Of a DNA stretch of 64,000 nucleotides, positions 63,479 through 64,000 are shown in pieces; within the stretch, counting starts at the first letter, position 1; the number at the start of each line of letters is the position of its first letter. Location: positions 3,518-67,517 of the forward strand of contig CAYLTD010000006.1 in the NCBI GenBank assembly GCA_964386715.1, given 5' to 3'. The translations under genes were made by a program, and so were the position numbers. This DNA comes from an uncultured Bifidobacterium sp. GTDB taxonomy: Bacteria > Acidobacteriota > Vicinamibacteria > Vicinamibacterales > CAVVIG01. The notes under the pieces were generated by a model, which worked only from the letters and a program-made list of their open reading frames with translations, searched no databases and was not told the DNA's origin.

Positions 63479-64000
63479 TCAGGCCCGGAGCATCGAGATG
63501 ACGTCGTCGGCCGTGATGATGCCGACCAGACGGCCGTGCTCATCGGAGACGGCCAGGGTGAGCAGGTTGTACTTGTCGAACAGCTCGGCCACATCCCGCT
63601 CGGGCGTGTCGGGCGCGCACACGATAGGCTTCTCGCTGAGGCTGACCAGCGGAGTGTCGGGGGTTGCCGTGGCGATGCGTACCAGCGGCACGGCTCCCGT
63701 GATCACCTGCCCGGGCGAGAGCAGGTAGATCGTGGCGACCACCTCGCCCGAACCCTCGAAGGCGCGCAGCTCGGCCACCGCATCGGCCACCGTCCCGGCG
63801 TCGTCGACCGCGATGTACTCGGTGGTCATGCGGCCCGCCGCCGTGTGCTCGCCGAACTCGAGGAGCTGGCTGACTTCCTGCCGTTCCTCGGGCTCCATTT
63901 CCTTGAGGATCTCGCCCGACCGGTCTTCCGTGAGGTCTCCCAACAGGTCTGCCGCCGCGTCGGGGTCCATTTCCTCGACGATGTCGGCCGCTCGGTTGCT
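63479..64000 (-). CDS. MgtE N-terminal plus CBS-pair domain protein without a transporter domain (5' end beyond the window)
   Basis: EEMDPDAAADLL..L and QLLEF...AG.MTTEY patterns with CBS repeats. The frame stays open to position 64000. Its stop lies 3 nt before the Nramp start. Confidence 0.7.
   Translation of the reverse strand, partial: SNRAADIVEEMDPDAAADLLGDLTEDRSGEILKEMEPEERQEVSQLLEFGEHTAAGRMTTEYIAVDDAGTVADAVAELRAFEGSGEVVATIYLLSPGQVITGAVPLVRIATATPDTPLVSLSEKPIVCAPDTPERDVAELFDKYNLLTLAVSDEHGRLVGIITADDVISMLRA

Noticed and set aside
1-64000. A search for mobile elements, prophage, defence-island hallmarks, and tRNA, rRNA, tmRNA, RNase P or SRP RNA signatures.
   Set aside because: I recognised no transposase, integrase, reverse transcriptase, restriction or toxin-antitoxin genes in any frame, and no conserved structural-RNA motif (for example GAGGAAAGTCC or tRNA cloverleaf candidates) in the intergenic regions I read. 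Absence by eye is not proof, so an Infernal/tRNAscan run should confirm it.

Overview
GC-rich bacterial chromosomal segment (roughly two-thirds G+C by eye, not computed), densely coding on both strands. I support about 58 protein-coding genes. I recognised no rRNA, tRNA, CRISPR array, transposase, integrase or prophage genes, so this looks like core or accessory chromosome rather than a mobile island. The taxon cannot be fixed from sequence alone.

Gene content in order: gltS; an HD hydrolase; a five-gene translationally coupled double ABC exporter operon; a gamma-glutamylcyclotransferase; a degenerate receiver plus PilZ pair; folE; an ArsB/NhaD-type permease; DUF423; ggt; an operon of small CxxC protein, atypical kinase-like protein, M23 peptidase, dehydrogenase and dienelactone hydrolase; a PQQ dehydrogenase; a polysaccharide deacetylase plus putative glycoside hydrolase; an APH/AAA fusion; a MarR-cyclase-VOC unit; an ECF sigma factor; a gluconolactonase; an SCO/YHYH copper module; a ChlI-like ATPase, VWA protein and Lon-N protein; GDPD; DUF2585; family-5 UDG; aceE-aceF-lpd with lipA nearby; and an Nramp-family transporter preceded by an MgtE-N/CBS protein.

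Most interesting points:
1. A roughly 700-aa radical-SAM protein with the layout of the archaeal tetraether-lipid synthase family (Tes/GDGT-MAS), divergent from a YpdA-like flavoprotein.
2. A roughly 2090-aa secreted protein combining a metzincin-like module, 17 near-identical GGGID[F/Y] hexapeptide units (18-bp tandem DNA repeat), cadherin/Ig-like repeats, a legume-type lectin and a LamG domain.
3. An exported protein made almost entirely of RDRRED-type charged heptads.
4. An Nramp homologue whose metal-site residues match the Mg-transporting NRMT pattern, coupled to a stand-alone MgtE N/CBS protein.
5. A recurrent TAnnnT box 6-8 nt upstream of nine start codons, implying leaderless mRNAs.
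6. A lipoprotein signal peptide and a YHYH domain lying in different reading frames.

All functional calls come from motif and family recognition by eye. No searches were run.
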